Part shown: positions 29,679 through 39,947 of the stretch, piece after piece
How the letters are laid out: each line of letters opens with the position of its first letter
Position numbering within the stretch: position 1 is the first letter of the stretch
Source: TPA_inf: Saccharomyces
Taxonomy: Eukaryota
DNA length: 64,000 nt
Assembly (NCBI GenBank): GCA_000146045.2
Contig: BK006948.2
Span: 320,001 to 384,000, forward strand
Reading direction: 5' to 3'
Notes under the pieces: model-generated
What the model was told of the DNA's origin: nothing
What the model saw: only the letters and a program-made list of their open reading frames with translations
Database searches by the model: none
Made by a program: the position numbers and the translations under genes

Positions 29679-32600
29679 ATGTCAATTTCAAAGTACTTCA
29701 CTCCCGTTGCTGACGGGTCACTCACTTTCAATGGCGCGAACATTCAATTTGGCGCCGATGCTCAAGGCGAGTCAAAAAAGAGTTATGACGCTGAGGACAG
29801 CATGCCGAATCCGGCAAATCAACTAAATGACATAACCTTCCAAGCAGAGGCTGGTGAAATGGTTTTGGTTTTGGGTTATCCCACATCCACTCTATTTAAG
29901 ACTTTGTTTCATGGTAAAACTAGTTTGTCATACTCTCCTCCAGGCTCGATTAAATTTAAAAATAATGAGTTTAAGAGCTTTTCCGAAAAATGTCCCCACC
30001 AAATCATTTACAATAATGAACAAGATGTGCATTTCCCATTTCTAACGGTAGAACAAACAATTGATTTTGCCTTGAGTTGTAAGTTCGATATTCCAAAAGG
30101 TGAGCGCGATCAAATAAGAAATGAACTTCTAAGAGAATTCGGCCTGTCTCATGTATTGAAAACTATTGTAGGAAATGATTTTTTCCGTGGTGTTTCTGGT
30201 GGTGAGCGTAAACGTATTTCTATTATTGAAACGTTTATTGCTAATGGTTCCGTTTATCTATGGGATAATTCTACTAAAGGTTTAGATTCCGCCACAGCTC
30301 TCGATTTTTTGGAAATTCTTAGAAAAATGGCAAAAGCTACTCGTTCTGTAAACTTAGTCAGAATTTCCCAGGCAAGTGATAAAATTGTTGATAAGTTTGA
30401 CAAGATTCTTATGCTATCCGATTCCTACCAGCTTTTCTATGGTACGGTCGATGAGTGTTTGACTTATTTTCGTGACACTTTAGGTATTGAGAAAGATCCT
30501 AACGATTGTATTATTGAATATCTGACCTCTATCTTAAATTTTCAGTTCAAAAATAAAAATTTGGGGAATTTATCAAATTCATCATCTGCTAGCGTTCTCA
30601 AAACCGCAACAGGGGAAGTCACTAAGTATACTTATAATTCTGATTTCGATTTATATGATCAATGGAAACATTCTTCGTACTATAGAAATATAAAGCAGCA
30701 AATCCAGGGGTCTTCAATTGATGACTCCATTAAGGAAGTGGATCCCTCTGATGTCTCACCTATTTTTAATATTCCGTTGAAGAAACAATTATTATTTTGC
30801 ACAAAAAGAGCTTTTCAACGAAGTTTGGGTGATAAAGCTTATATGACGGCACAATTTATTTCTGTCGTTATTCAATCTTTGGTCATTGGTTCACTGTTTT
30901 ACGAAATTCCGTTGACTACCATTGGTTCATACTCAAGAGGTTCTTTAACCTTTTTCTCCATTCTTTTCTTCACTTTTCTTTCTCTTGCAGATATGCCTAT
31001 TGCCTTCCAAAGACAACCCGTCGTTAAAAAGCAATCCCAACTTCACTTCTATACTAACTGGGTTGAAACCCTTTCAACAACAGTGTTCGACTACTGCTTT
31101 AAACTTTGTTTGGTAATTGTATTCAGTATCATCCTATACTTCCTTGCTCACCTGCAATACAAGGCTGCAAGATTTTTCATTTTCCTCCTGTTCCTTTCCT
31201 TTTACAATTTCTGTATGGTGTCCTTATTCGCTTTGACGACACTAGTTGCTCCAACCATTTCAGTTGCAAATTTATTTGCAGGTATTCTGCTACTAGCTAT
31301 AGCAATGTATGCTTCTTACGTCATCTACCTGAAAAATATGCATCCTTGGTTTGTATGGATTGCTTATCTAAATCCTGCAATGTACGCTATGGAGGCAATA
31401 CTGTCTAATGAGCTTTACAATTTGAAGCTGGATTGTAGTGAGACAATTGTTCCAAGAGGTCCTACTTACAACGATGTTCCATTTTCCCATAAGGCCTGTG
31501 CTTGGCAAGGTGCTACTCTGGGTAATGATTACGTTAGAGGCCGTGATTACTTGAAGCAAGGTTTATCCTACACGTATCATCATGTGTGGAGAAACTTTGG
31601 TATTATCATTGGTTTCCTAGTATTCTTTATTGCCTGTACTCTGTTTGCATCTCAATATATTAAGCCTTATTTCAATAAGGATGAAATAGAGCGCAACAAT
31701 AGTCGTTTGACAAGATGGCTACCATTTTTGAATAAAAAGAGAGGTACCAGGTCCTCTGCAAGAAATGACAGTAAGTATGTTGGTATCCCAAAGTCGCACT
31801 CCGTTTCGTCTTCCTCGTCTAGCCTGTCGGCTGTTCCATATCAGATATCACCCTCAAATAAGGAAATGGCTCTAAACGATTATAACGAGCAACCTATCAC
31901 GGAAACAGTAGAGACTCAAAAGCATATCATCTCTTGGAAAAATATCAACTACACAGTTGGTACAAAGAAACTGATTAATAATGCATCCGGTTTCATCAGT
32001 TCTGGTTTGACCGCCTTAATGGGTGAGTCCGGTGCAGGTAAAACTACTTTGCTGAATGTCTTATCACAAAGAGTTGAGACAGGTGTTGTTAGCGGCGAAA
32101 TTTTGATCGATGGCCACCCATTGACAGATGAGGACGCGTTTAAGAGAAGTATTGGTTTTGTTCAACAACAGGATTTGCATCTAGATTTGCTGTCTGTGAA
32201 AGAATCTCTGGAAATATCATGTCTTTTGAGAGGTGATGGTGACAGGGCATACTTAGACACTGTTTCAAATTTACTGAAATTGCCATCTGACATTTTAGTC
32301 GCTGATTTAAACCCGACTCAAAGGAAGCTTTTATCTATCGGTGTTGAACTTGTTACTAAGCCTTCACTTTTATTATTCCTAGACGAACCAACCTCTGGGC
32401 TGGACGCTGAGGCTGCACTAACAATCGTCAAATTTTTAAAACAACTTTCTTTACAGGGTCAGGCTATTTTTTGTACCATTCATCAGCCTAGTAAAAGTGT
32501 CATCAGCCATTTTGACAATATTTTCTTATTGAAAAGGGGTGGTGAATGTGTCTTCTTTGGACCAATGGACGATGCCTGCGGCTATTTCATGTCTCATGAC

Positions 32601-33863
32601 AACACGCTCGTTTACGATAAAGAACATGATAACCCTGCAGATTTCGTCATTGATGCAGTAGGTAACAGTAACTCCTCGGCAGGGAAAGATACAGCGGAGG
32701 AAGCTCTTACTTTGAACAAAGAAGCCATAGATTGGAGTGCATTATGGGAATCTTCTGTAGAAAAGAAACTAGTTAAAAAAGAAACAGCTAGGTTAGAAGA
32801 TGATGCTCGTGCGTCTGGTGTTGATTACACAACCTCATTGTGGAAGCAGCCTTCCTACTTACAGCAATTAGCTCTTATTACAAGAAGACAATATATTTGT
32901 ACGAAAAGAGACATGACTTATGTCATGGCCAAGTACTGTTTGAATGGTGGCGCTGGTTTGTTTATCGGTTTCTCATTTTGGCACATTAAGCATAATATTA
33001 TCGGTTTGCAGGATAGTATCTTCTTCTGTTTCATGGCTCTTTGTGTTTCATCTCCATTGATCAATCAAATTCAGGACAAAGCCTTGAAAACAAAGGAAGT
33101 TTATGTTGCTAGGGAGGCGAGATCTAACACTTATCACTGGACTGTTCTTCTTTTGTCACAGTCAATTATTGAACTACCACTGGCACTTACAAGTTCCACA
33201 CTATTTTTCGTCTGTGCCTTTTTCTCTTGTGGATTTAACAACGCTGGCTGGAGTGCCGGTGTTTTCTTTTTAAACTATATGCTTTTCGCTGCTTATTACT
33301 CGACTCTTGGTTTATGGCTGATCTATACTGCTCCTAATCTACAAACTGCTGCTGTTTTTGTTGCGTTTATTTACAGTTTTACAGCATCATTCTGTGGTGT
33401 TATGCAACCATACTCTTTGTTTCCAACTTTTTGGAAATTCATGTACAGGGTTTCGCCATACACATATTTTGTGGAAACTTTTGTTAGTATTCTATTGCAT
33501 AACTGGGAAATCAAGTGTGACATGTCGGAGATGGTTCCTGGTCAACCTCTGACGGGGCAATCTTGTGGCCAATTTATGGAAGCTTTCATAGAAGAATACG
33601 GTGGCTATCTACATAATAAGAACACTTTCACAGTCTGCGCTTATTGTACGTACACTGTTGGCGATGACTTCCTGAAAAATGAGAATATGAGTTACGACCA
33701 CGTTTGGAGGAACTTTGGTATTGAATGGGCTTTTGTTGGTTTCAATTTCTTTGCGATGTTTGCTGGTTACTACTTAACTTACGTGGCAAGAATATGGCCA
33801 AAGGTCTTTAAAATTATCACCAAAGTAATTCCACACAGAGGGAAGAAGCCTGTACAGAACTAA
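29679..33863 (+). CDS. AUS1: Plasma-membrane ABC transporter (PDR/ABCG subfamily, two NBD plus two TMD) for anaerobic sterol uptake, 1394 aa
   Basis: The track ORF starts at TTG 29652; the first ATG is at 29679 (MSISKYFTPV...). Two ABC signature regions (VSGGERKRISI; Walker A GESGAGKTTLLN; LSGGQ-like TQRKLLSIGVE) and 12 predicted TM helices. The 1394-aa length matches Aus1. Confidence 0.9.
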   Translation: MSISKYFTPVADGSLTFNGANIQFGADAQGESKKSYDAEDSMPNPANQLNDITFQAEAGEMVLVLGYPTSTLFKTLFHGKTSLSYSPPGSIKFKNNEFKSFSEKCPHQIIYNNEQDVHFPFLTVEQTIDFALSCKFDIPKGERDQIRNELLREFGLSHVLKTIVGNDFFRGVSGGERKRISIIETFIANGSVYLWDNSTKGLDSATALDFLEILRKMAKATRSVNLVRISQASDKIVDKFDKILMLSDSYQLFYGTVDECLTYFRDTLGIEKDPNDCIIEYLTSILNFQFKNKNLGNLSNSSSASVLKTATGEVTKYTYNSDFDLYDQWKHSSYYRNIKQQIQGSSIDDSIKEVDPSDVSPIFNIPLKKQLLFCTKRAFQRSLGDKAYMTAQFISVVIQSLVIGSLFYEIPLTTIGSYSRGSLTFFSILFFTFLSLADMPIAFQRQPVVKKQSQLHFYTNWVETLSTTVFDYCFKLCLVIVFSIILYFLAHLQYKAARFFIFLLFLSFYNFCMVSLFALTTLVAPTISVANLFAGILLLAIAMYASYVIYLKNMHPWFVWIAYLNPAMYAMEAILSNELYNLKLDCSETIVPRGPTYNDVPFSHKACAWQGATLGNDYVRGRDYLKQGLSYTYHHVWRNFGIIIGFLVFFIACTLFASQYIKPYFNKDEIERNNSRLTRWLPFLNKKRGTRSSARNDSKYVGIPKSHSVSSSSSSLSAVPYQISPSNKEMALNDYNEQPITETVETQKHIISWKNINYTVGTKKLINNASGFISSGLTALMGESGAGKTTLLNVLSQRVETGVVSGEILIDGHPLTDEDAFKRSIGFVQQQDLHLDLLSVKESLEISCLLRGDGDRAYLDTVSNLLKLPSDILVADLNPTQRKLLSIGVELVTKPSLLLFLDEPTSGLDAEAALTIVKFLKQLSLQGQAIFCTIHQPSKSVISHFDNIFLLKRGGECVFFGPMDDACGYFMSHDNTLVYDKEHDNPADFVIDAVGNSNSSAGKDTAEEALTLNKEAIDWSALWESSVEKKLVKKETARLEDDARASGVDYTTSLWKQPSYLQQLALITRRQYICTKRDMTYVMAKYCLNGGAGLFIGFSFWHIKHNIIGLQDSIFFCFMALCVSSPLINQIQDKALKTKEVYVAREARSNTYHWTVLLLSQSIIELPLALTSSTLFFVCAFFSCGFNNAGWSAGVFFLNYMLFAAYYSTLGLWLIYTAPNLQTAAVFVAFIYSFTASFCGVMQPYSLFPTFWKFMYRVSPYTYFVETFVSILLHNWEIKCDMSEMVPGQPLTGQSCGQFMEAFIEEYGGYLHNKNTFTVCAYCTYTVGDDFLKNENMSYDHVWRNFGIEWAFVGFNFFAMFAGYYLTYVARIWPKVFKIITKVIPHRGKKPVQN

Positions 33864-34032
33864 TACCATTTTTAAATATATTTCTACTTTCTACTTAATA
33901 GCAATTTTAATTAATCTAATTATTTACAAGTCACCAATGACTGACTAAACAATTGAAAGAGTCCTTTGTACAACAAAAAAAAAGATACTTGTCGCTGACG
34001 CTCAAAAAATATTTATATAGCAAAAGTGCACG

Positions 34033-34040
34033 ACAAAAAA
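34033..34040 (-). terminator. Pol III terminator T-run (T6 on the tRNA strand), 3' of tRNA-Thr
   Basis: The plus strand reads gacaaaaaa immediately after the tRNA 3' end. Confidence 0.7.
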
Positions 34041-34113
34041 TGCTTCCAATCGGATTTGAACCGATGATCTCCACATTACTAGTGTGGCGCCTTACCAACT
34101 TGGCCATAGAAGC
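34041..34113 (-). tRNA. tT(AGU): tRNA-Thr, anticodon AGU, 73 nt, no intron
   Basis: The minus strand reads GCTTCTATGGCCAAGTTGGTAAGGCGCCACACTAGTAATGTGGAGATCATCGGTTCAAATCCGATTGGAAGCA. Anticodon stem CCACA/TGTGG, loop CTAGTAA. T-loop is GGTTCAAATCC. Confidence 0.9.
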
Positions 34114-34128
34114 AGTAAACCGTTATTT

Positions 34129-34467
34129 TGTTGTTTCTCAGAGTGGTACACGTCAGTATGACAATACATCATCCTAAAACGTTCATATGAAACAACCTTA
34201 TAACAAAACGAACAGAATGAGCAACATGACATATAACTTCGCCTCCCTTAGCTTAACCACCCAAACGTATAGACGCCTGAGCAATTAATTTAGATCCGAG
34301 GTTCGGCGCTTCCACCAATTAATATGATCCATATTTTATATAATATATAGGATAAGTAACATCCCATGAAAAGCTGATAATCCGTTCTGACAACTGGTTA
34401 CTTCCATTGACTGTTTATATTGGGATTTTCAAGACACCCCGGTATTACTCGTACCCGTAAAACAACA
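34129..34467 (+). mobile_element. Solo sigma element (Ty3 LTR), about 339 bp, beginning 16 bp upstream of the tRNA-Thr 5' end
   Basis: TGTTGTTTCTCAGAGTGGTACACGTCAGTATGACAATAC...CCTTATAACAAAACGAAC...TTAGATCCGAGGTTCGGCGCTTCCACCAATTAATATGATCCATATTTTATATAATATATAGGATAAGTAACA...ACTCGTACCCGTAAAACAACA matches the sigma consensus end to end, with its TGTTG...CAACA termini. The 16-bp distance from a Pol III gene is the Ty3 integration hallmark. Confidence 0.85.
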
Positions 34468-34681
34468 TACACTTCGTCATGACTGAGAAGAATATAGGAG
34501 TAAAAAGAATACCTGAACTAACAGATATAATCAGCATCATGTTTTTTAAGCGAGAATACAGAAATATTCAAATTAAGATAGGCAACAAGGATTAGTTTAA
34601 ATCTGAAAATCTTTTAAGATTAGGTACCTAATTTAGCTATATTGCTTTATGATTAGTTATAACGTCATTGGAGGAACAAAC

Positions 34682-35010
34682 TATTGGAATAAGAATCGAC
34701 TATAATCTACCGGCGAGTATTCATAAGCTATTATATTGTGGTAGACGGAGTAGAAAGATAAAAAAGGATTGAAAACAGTCATCTGATTTAATGGAAGCTG
34801 AAATGCAAGATTTAATAATGTAATAGGATAATGAATGACAACATAAAAAATAGAAGAAATAATAATAGTAACATTATGTGGAAATATGGGTTTCCTTGGC
34901 AGGTTCCTATATCCTTGAGAAAGAGCTTCTAATATATTTTGTATATTTAGTATTATAACTAAGCTGTTAGAAAATAAAATACCGCTAAATCAATTGAGGC
35001 GGTATTAAAT
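34682..35010 (+). mobile_element. Diverged solo LTR of Ty4 tau type (copia-like, related to Ty1 delta), about 330 bp
   Basis: Starts TATTGGAATAAGAATCGACTATAATCTACC (compare LTR terminus TGTTGGAATAAAAATC.ACTATC.TCTA). Internal GGAAGCTGAAATGCAAGATTTAATAATGTAATAGGATAATGAA and GGTTCCTATATCCTTGAGAAAGAGCTTCTAATATAT match the conserved tau/delta blocks (recalled consensus). The 3' boundary is uncertain. Confidence 0.5.
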
Positions 35011-35081
35011 ACCTGTACATTTGAATATTTGGAATGAGAAAGAAATATAGTTACATAATGTACAAAAAAGAAGCAAGAAAG

Positions 35082-35084
<3 letters not shown>

Positions 35085-35115
<31 letters not shown>
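35085..35115. repeat. (TA)15 dinucleotide microsatellite between the two LTR fragments, followed by (CT)5
   Basis: Read directly: ggaatatatatatatatatatatatatatatatatgtat ... atatctctctctcttcg. Confidence 0.9.
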
Positions 35116-35121
<6 letters not shown>

Positions 35122-35124
35122 TGT

Positions 35125-35250
35125 TATTTAGAATATCTCTCTCTCTTCGAGAATCTCTATATCCTCGAAAAGAACTTTTAGCATATTCACGATAGGTCGT
35201 ATTATCAATTAAATCAATTACGAAGTTCGGAAGTTATTGCCTACATAATA
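35125..35250 (+). mobile_element. Second partial LTR fragment (3' portion of a tau/delta-type LTR)
   Basis: GAGAATCTCTATATCCTCGAAAAGAACTTTTAGCATATTC parallels the LTR block GAGGATTCCTATATCCTCGAGGAGAACTTCTAGTATATTC a second time, about 240 bp downstream of the first copy. Nested or tandem LTR relics are typical of tRNA-proximal hotspots. Confidence 0.35.
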
Positions 35251-36542
35251 TGATGTCCTGTTCATAAAAATAGAGCCCTAAGAAGTGTTATTAAATTTAA
35301 CCAGCCTACAAATTAAATATAAAATGAGTGTTATTGTTCCACCGACTTGAATAATTGTACAACTTTAGCTAACATTTTAACTAATATTTTAACGCATCTT
35401 ATTATCAAGTATTGTAACAATACGTATCATCTTACTATCTCAATGGAAGCATTCTCTTATACATACTGAGTCAAATATCTTGAAGACTCATTATAATGTG
35501 TAATAAAAGGACAAAGCAGCGTAGAAGCCTTAAATAACTATGCACTTGGACACATGTCTTCTCACGACGTGTTCAAATATAATGATTTTTCAATCAGCTT
35601 TGAAGTTCAATACAAACTTCTTCACTAAAGGATAATAAGCAATCATTATTAATGGCAAAATCGGTTTTCAATTTCTTTCATTTTGAAATATTGGAGTATT
35701 TAAACCGTTTTGTGTATCATTCACAATACTTTCTTCCATACTACTGCTCTCTTGAAGTTCTTGGGAAGAGCCGAAAAAATTGGACATTTCAATATTGGTG
35801 CTTATACATTACTACTGACAAGAAGATAATAAAAAAGAAAGATTTCTATCACCGATAGTGAGCTCTTTAGAAAACTGAACGCAATAAATTTTATGCCTCA
35901 TAACGTCTTGGGGCGCGAGAATTTACTGACGTAAACAGATCCGGCTCAAAAAGTCGTCTTTACCTTTCTATCATCTCGTCGCATAATTATTAAATTAACT
36001 CACAATTTCTCACAATTTATATCATGCCTTTTTTGTCAGTTCGTGGCCTTGCCAGTGGAGATATAACAACTACTTCGTAAAGGGTCCCGAAAGAAATGAA
36101 AGAATTACTCATTTGATATAAAAATTTGCATGGTATAACAGAAGTGAAACGCGGGGACAACCATGATCTTTTTTGAGTAGGATAATTTTTTATGTCGGTT
36201 TGATATATTATAAAGCAAGTCATATATAATATCATACTGATTTTAACCAAACGATAATCAATCAGAAAAAGAAAATAAATAAAAAATCTAGCACATAGTA
36301 TTTCAGTACCCTTATGGTTCTGACCTCAGAAATTATTCAGCCGCTTGTTATCTTATAGTACGTTTTATATCGTAATTTTCCTGACATTTTGGGCAGAAAT
36401 CCTTTACTCCTGATATAATAAACGACGTTTTTTTTCCTGTGTTTTTTATGTTACTATAAGAAATGCAAAAAAAGAAACAATAGAAAAAGGCAGTGACAAA
36501 AATACTAATCAGAACGTTGAAAACAAATCAATAGTTTTGATA

Positions 36543-36956
36543 ATGGTAGCATCATCGATCAATGAAGAATCCTCTTTGGCGGTAAACTTGACAAGCGATG
36601 TAGAGAAGGCTTCGAAAACTTTGTTTAAGGCATTCGAAAAGTCATACGCAAATGACTACTTGATGAAAAAGTTCTTCCATATCCCAATCACTGAAAAAGT
36701 TTCAAGGGCAAGAATAAATGCAATGATACATTACTACACGACGTGCTACCATGACTTGGATGGTGAAATTGCTGAGGCAAATGATTTCGATGCAGTCGCA
36801 ATATGGAGCCGCCCTGGGTGCCACTTGCCTGCTACACTATCTGACGACGAGTCTTTCAATAAGATTTTTTTTTCACGACTTGACTGTGAGGAAGCACGAA
36901 GTCATGCCTCTGGGAATGGACTATTACTACCTTTATGCCATCGGAAAAGATCCTAG
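36543..36956 (+). CDS. YOR012W, uncharacterised 137-aa ORF; appears to be the N-terminal half of a longer gene (see pseudogene entry)
   Basis: The track ORF 36537..36956 begins at TTG; the first ATG is at 36543 (MVASSINEESS...), giving 137 aa. Confidence 0.6.
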   Translation: MVASSINEESSLAVNLTSDVEKASKTLFKAFEKSYANDYLMKKFFHIPITEKVSRARINAMIHYYTTCYHDLDGEIAEANDFDAVAIWSRPGCHLPATLSDDESFNKIFFSRLDCEEARSHASGNGLLLPLCHRKRS

Positions 36957-37221
36957 CCATCCCGAAATTAGAGGTTCAGTCAGAAAAATACTCGAAAAAT
37001 ATAAAACCAAAGCAGACAAGGCCAATTGCGCCCTTGCTCTCGAGGCTATTTCGGAGCACGCAAGATCTGTGTACGAATATTTCGGTTTCAAAACCTATTT
37101 GGTGTTTCAGTTCGGGGTTGGAGAAGTGAACTCCAAAGGAGAACCCGATCCGCAGGGGAAGGGATTCACGGCCTACTTGATGCTCTACCACAAAGATGCA
37201 GACACCATCTTTCACGCCTGA
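36751..37221 (+). pseudogene. 156-aa ORF (I believe annotated YOR013W/IRC11, a 'dubious' ORF) in the +1 frame overlapping the YOR012W 3' end; likely the frameshifted C-terminal half of the same ancestral gene (YDR391C-like)
   Basis: ORF1 (frame 0) and ORF2 (frame +1) overlap over 36751-36956 and both cross a T9-10 homopolymer at about 36865-36874. Downstream of the T-run, ORF2 encodes well-structured sequence (HDLTVRKHEVMPLGMDYYYLYAIGKDPSHPEIRG...). Upstream of it, ORF2 is low-complexity garbage (MTWMVKLLRQMISMQSQYG...). Confidence 0.5.
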
Positions 37222-37673
37222 TTTTCTTCTAAAAATTTTATAGACATTTATTGTATGTATGGAGCATATAGCAACAATAAAACTTAGACCAACATTTTTT
37301 GCCGGGTCACAACCCCCTATCCCGGCTGCGAGAAAGGAAAAAAAAAAGTATCAGACAATTGATTATCAAAGAGTATGTGAAACTACGCTTTGTTTTCCAC
37401 TTCAATTGGTAGGCATGTCAATACGTCTCGTTTCTTCATTGGAAAACTCTTCATTTCAAGGATAAACCATCGTCGCCGTAAGTATTTTGGGTTTCATTTC
37501 CTTCCCCCCTCGATTTTGCTTTTTTTTCCTTTTTTTGTTAGATAAAAATATAAACCCTTCTCCATATACCTGTTCACCTCAATACCGTCTTTAACTGGCT
37601 TTTTTATTTTGTATAAAAGTTCTACTTATTAAGATCAATAGGCACGTGCTATTTTCGAACATCCACTTTCAAT

Positions 37674-39947
37674 ATGATGCGTGGTTTCAAGCAAAGATTA
37701 ATAAAGAAGACCACCGGGTCTTCTTCTTCTTCAAGCAGTAAAAAGAAGGACAAAGAGAAGGAAAAAGAAAAAAGTTCCACTACCTCATCCACATCAAAGA
37801 AGCCCGCTTCGGCTAGTAGCTCTTCCCACGGGACTACTCACAGTTCTGCCAGCAGTACCGGATCAAAGTCTACAACTGAGAAGGGCAAGCAATCTGGTAG
37901 TGTTCCCTCGCAAGGGAAGCATCATAGTAGCTCTACATCAAAAACAAAAACAGCGACGACCCCTTCTTCCAGCAGCAGTAGCAGTAGAAGTTCAAGTGTC
38001 AGTCGCTCCGGTTCAAGCTCCACAAAGAAAACAAGTTCAAGAAAAGGACAAGAACAGTCCAAACAATCGCAACAGCCATCACAATCTCAAAAGCAAGGAT
38101 CTTCTTCATCATCTGCCGCTATAATGAACCCCACTCCAGTACTCACTGTTACTAAGGACGACAAAAGCACTTCTGGTGAAGATCATGCACATCCTACTTT
38201 GCTGGGGGCAGTATCCGCTGTTCCATCATCTCCCATTTCAAATGCTTCAGGTACAGCAGTTTCTTCTGATGTAGAAAATGGTAATAGTAATAATAACAAT
38301 ATGAATATTAATACTAGTAATACTCAGGATGCAAACCACGCCTCCTCACAAAGTATCGACATTCCGAGATCATCACACTCATTTGAGAGACTACCAACAC
38401 CCACAAAACTTAACCCTGACACAGATTTAGAGTTAATTAAGACTCCCCAACGTCATTCTTCATCTAGATTCGAGCCATCTAGATATACGCCATTAACGAA
38501 ATTGCCAAATTTTAATGAAGTTTCTCCTGAAGAAAGAATCCCTTTGTTCATTGCCAAAGTTGACCAGTGTAACACTATGTTTGACTTTAATGATCCAAGT
38601 TTTGACATTCAAGGTAAAGAGATTAAAAGAAGCACCTTAGATGAGCTAATAGAATTCCTTGTAACAAATAGGTTCACTTACACGAATGAGATGTACGCTC
38701 ATGTGGTGAACATGTTCAAAATCAATCTGTTTAGACCTATTCCACCACCAGTAAATCCAGTTGGTGACATTTATGACCCAGATGAAGATGAACCTGTTAA
38801 CGAACTAGCCTGGCCTCATATGCAAGCTGTTTACGAATTCTTTTTAAGGTTTGTGGAAAGTCCTGATTTCAATCATCAGATTGCTAAACAATATATTGAT
38901 CAGGACTTTATTTTAAAGTTACTGGAATTATTTGATAGCGAAGATATCAGAGAAAGAGACTGTTTGAAAACGACACTGCATAGAATATATGGGAAGTTCT
39001 TATCATTAAGAAGCTTTATTCGTCGGTCGATGAATAATATTTTTTTGCAATTTATTTATGAGACTGAGAAGTTTAACGGTGTGGCAGAATTGTTAGAAAT
39101 TTTGGGTTCCATAATTAATGGATTTGCACTTCCATTAAAGGAAGAGCACAAGGTTTTCTTGGTGAGGATATTGATACCATTACACAAGGTCCGTTGTTTA
39201 TCATTATACCACCCTCAGTTGGCTTACTGTATCGTTCAATTTCTCGAAAAAGATCCTTTATTAACCGAAGAGGTAGTTATGGGCTTACTGCGTTATTGGC
39301 CAAAAATAAATTCCACAAAAGAGATAATGTTTCTAAATGAAATCGAGGATATTTTTGAAGTGATCGAACCGCTGGAATTTATTAAAGTAGAAGTTCCGTT
39401 ATTTGTTCAATTAGCTAAGTGTATTTCTTCTCCACATTTCCAAGTGGCGGAAAAGGTTTTAAGTTATTGGAATAATGAATATTTCTTAAACTTATGTATC
39501 GAAAATGCCGAAGTCATCCTACCCATTATATTTCCTGCATTATATGAATTAACTTCTCAGTTAGAGCTAGATACAGCAAATGGCGAAGATAGCATTTCAG
39601 ACCCTTACATGCTTGTTGAGCAAGCAATCAATTCTGGTTCGTGGAATAGGGCAATTCATGCTATGGCATTCAAGGCATTGAAAATTTTTCTGGAAACAAA
39701 CCCAGTATTGTACGAAAACTGTAATGCATTGTACTTATCAAGTGTAAAAGAAACTCAACAGCGTAAGGTGCAACGTGAAGAAAATTGGAGCAAACTTGAA
39801 GAATATGTAAAAAATCTAAGGATTAACAATGATAAGGACCAATACACAATCAAAAACCCAGAATTAAGAAACAGTTTCAACACAGCAAGTGAGAATAACA
39901 CATTAAATGAAGAGAACGAAAATGATTGTGACAGCGAGATACAGTGA
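37674..39947 (+). CDS. RTS1: PP2A B' (B56) regulatory subunit, Ser-rich N-terminus, 757 aa
   Basis: ATG at 37674. The B56 conserved core (...[37 protein letters not shown]...) preceded by about 230 aa of poly-Ser/Thr low complexity. 757 aa. Confidence 0.9.
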   Translation: MMRGFKQRLIKKTTGSSSSSSSKKKDKEKEKEKSSTTSSTSKKPASASSSSHGTTHSSASSTGSKSTTEKGKQSGSVPSQGKHHSSSTSKTKTATTPSSSSSSSRSSSVSRSGSSSTKKTSSRKGQEQSKQSQQPSQSQKQGSSSSSAAIMNPTPVLTVTKDDKSTSGEDHAHPTLLGAVSAVPSSPISNASGTAVSSDVENGNSNNNNMNINTSNTQDANHASSQSIDIPRSSHSFERLPTPTKLNPDTDLELIKTPQRHSSSRFEPSRYTPLTKLPNFNEVSPEERIPLFIAKVDQCNTMFDFNDPSFDIQGKEIKRSTLDELIEFLVTNRFTYTNEMYAHVVNMFKINLFRPIPPPVNPVGDIYDPDEDEPVNELAWPHMQAVYEFFLRFVESPDFNHQIAKQYIDQDFILKLLELFDSEDIRERDCLKTTLHRIYGKFLSLRSFIRRSMNNIFLQFIYETEKFNGVAELLEILGSIINGFALPLKEEHKVFLVRILIPLHKVRCLSLYHPQLAYCIVQFLEKDPLLTEEVVMGLLRYWPKINSTKEIMFLNEIEDIFEVIEPLEFIKVEVPLFVQLAKCISSPHFQVAEKVLSYWNNEYFLNLCIENAEVILPIIFPALYELTSQLELDTANGEDSISDPYMLVEQAINSGSWNRAIHAMAFKALKIFLETNPVLYENCNALYLSSVKETQQRKVQREENWSKLEEYVKNLRINNDKDQYTIKNPELRNSFNTASENNTLNEENENDCDSEIQ

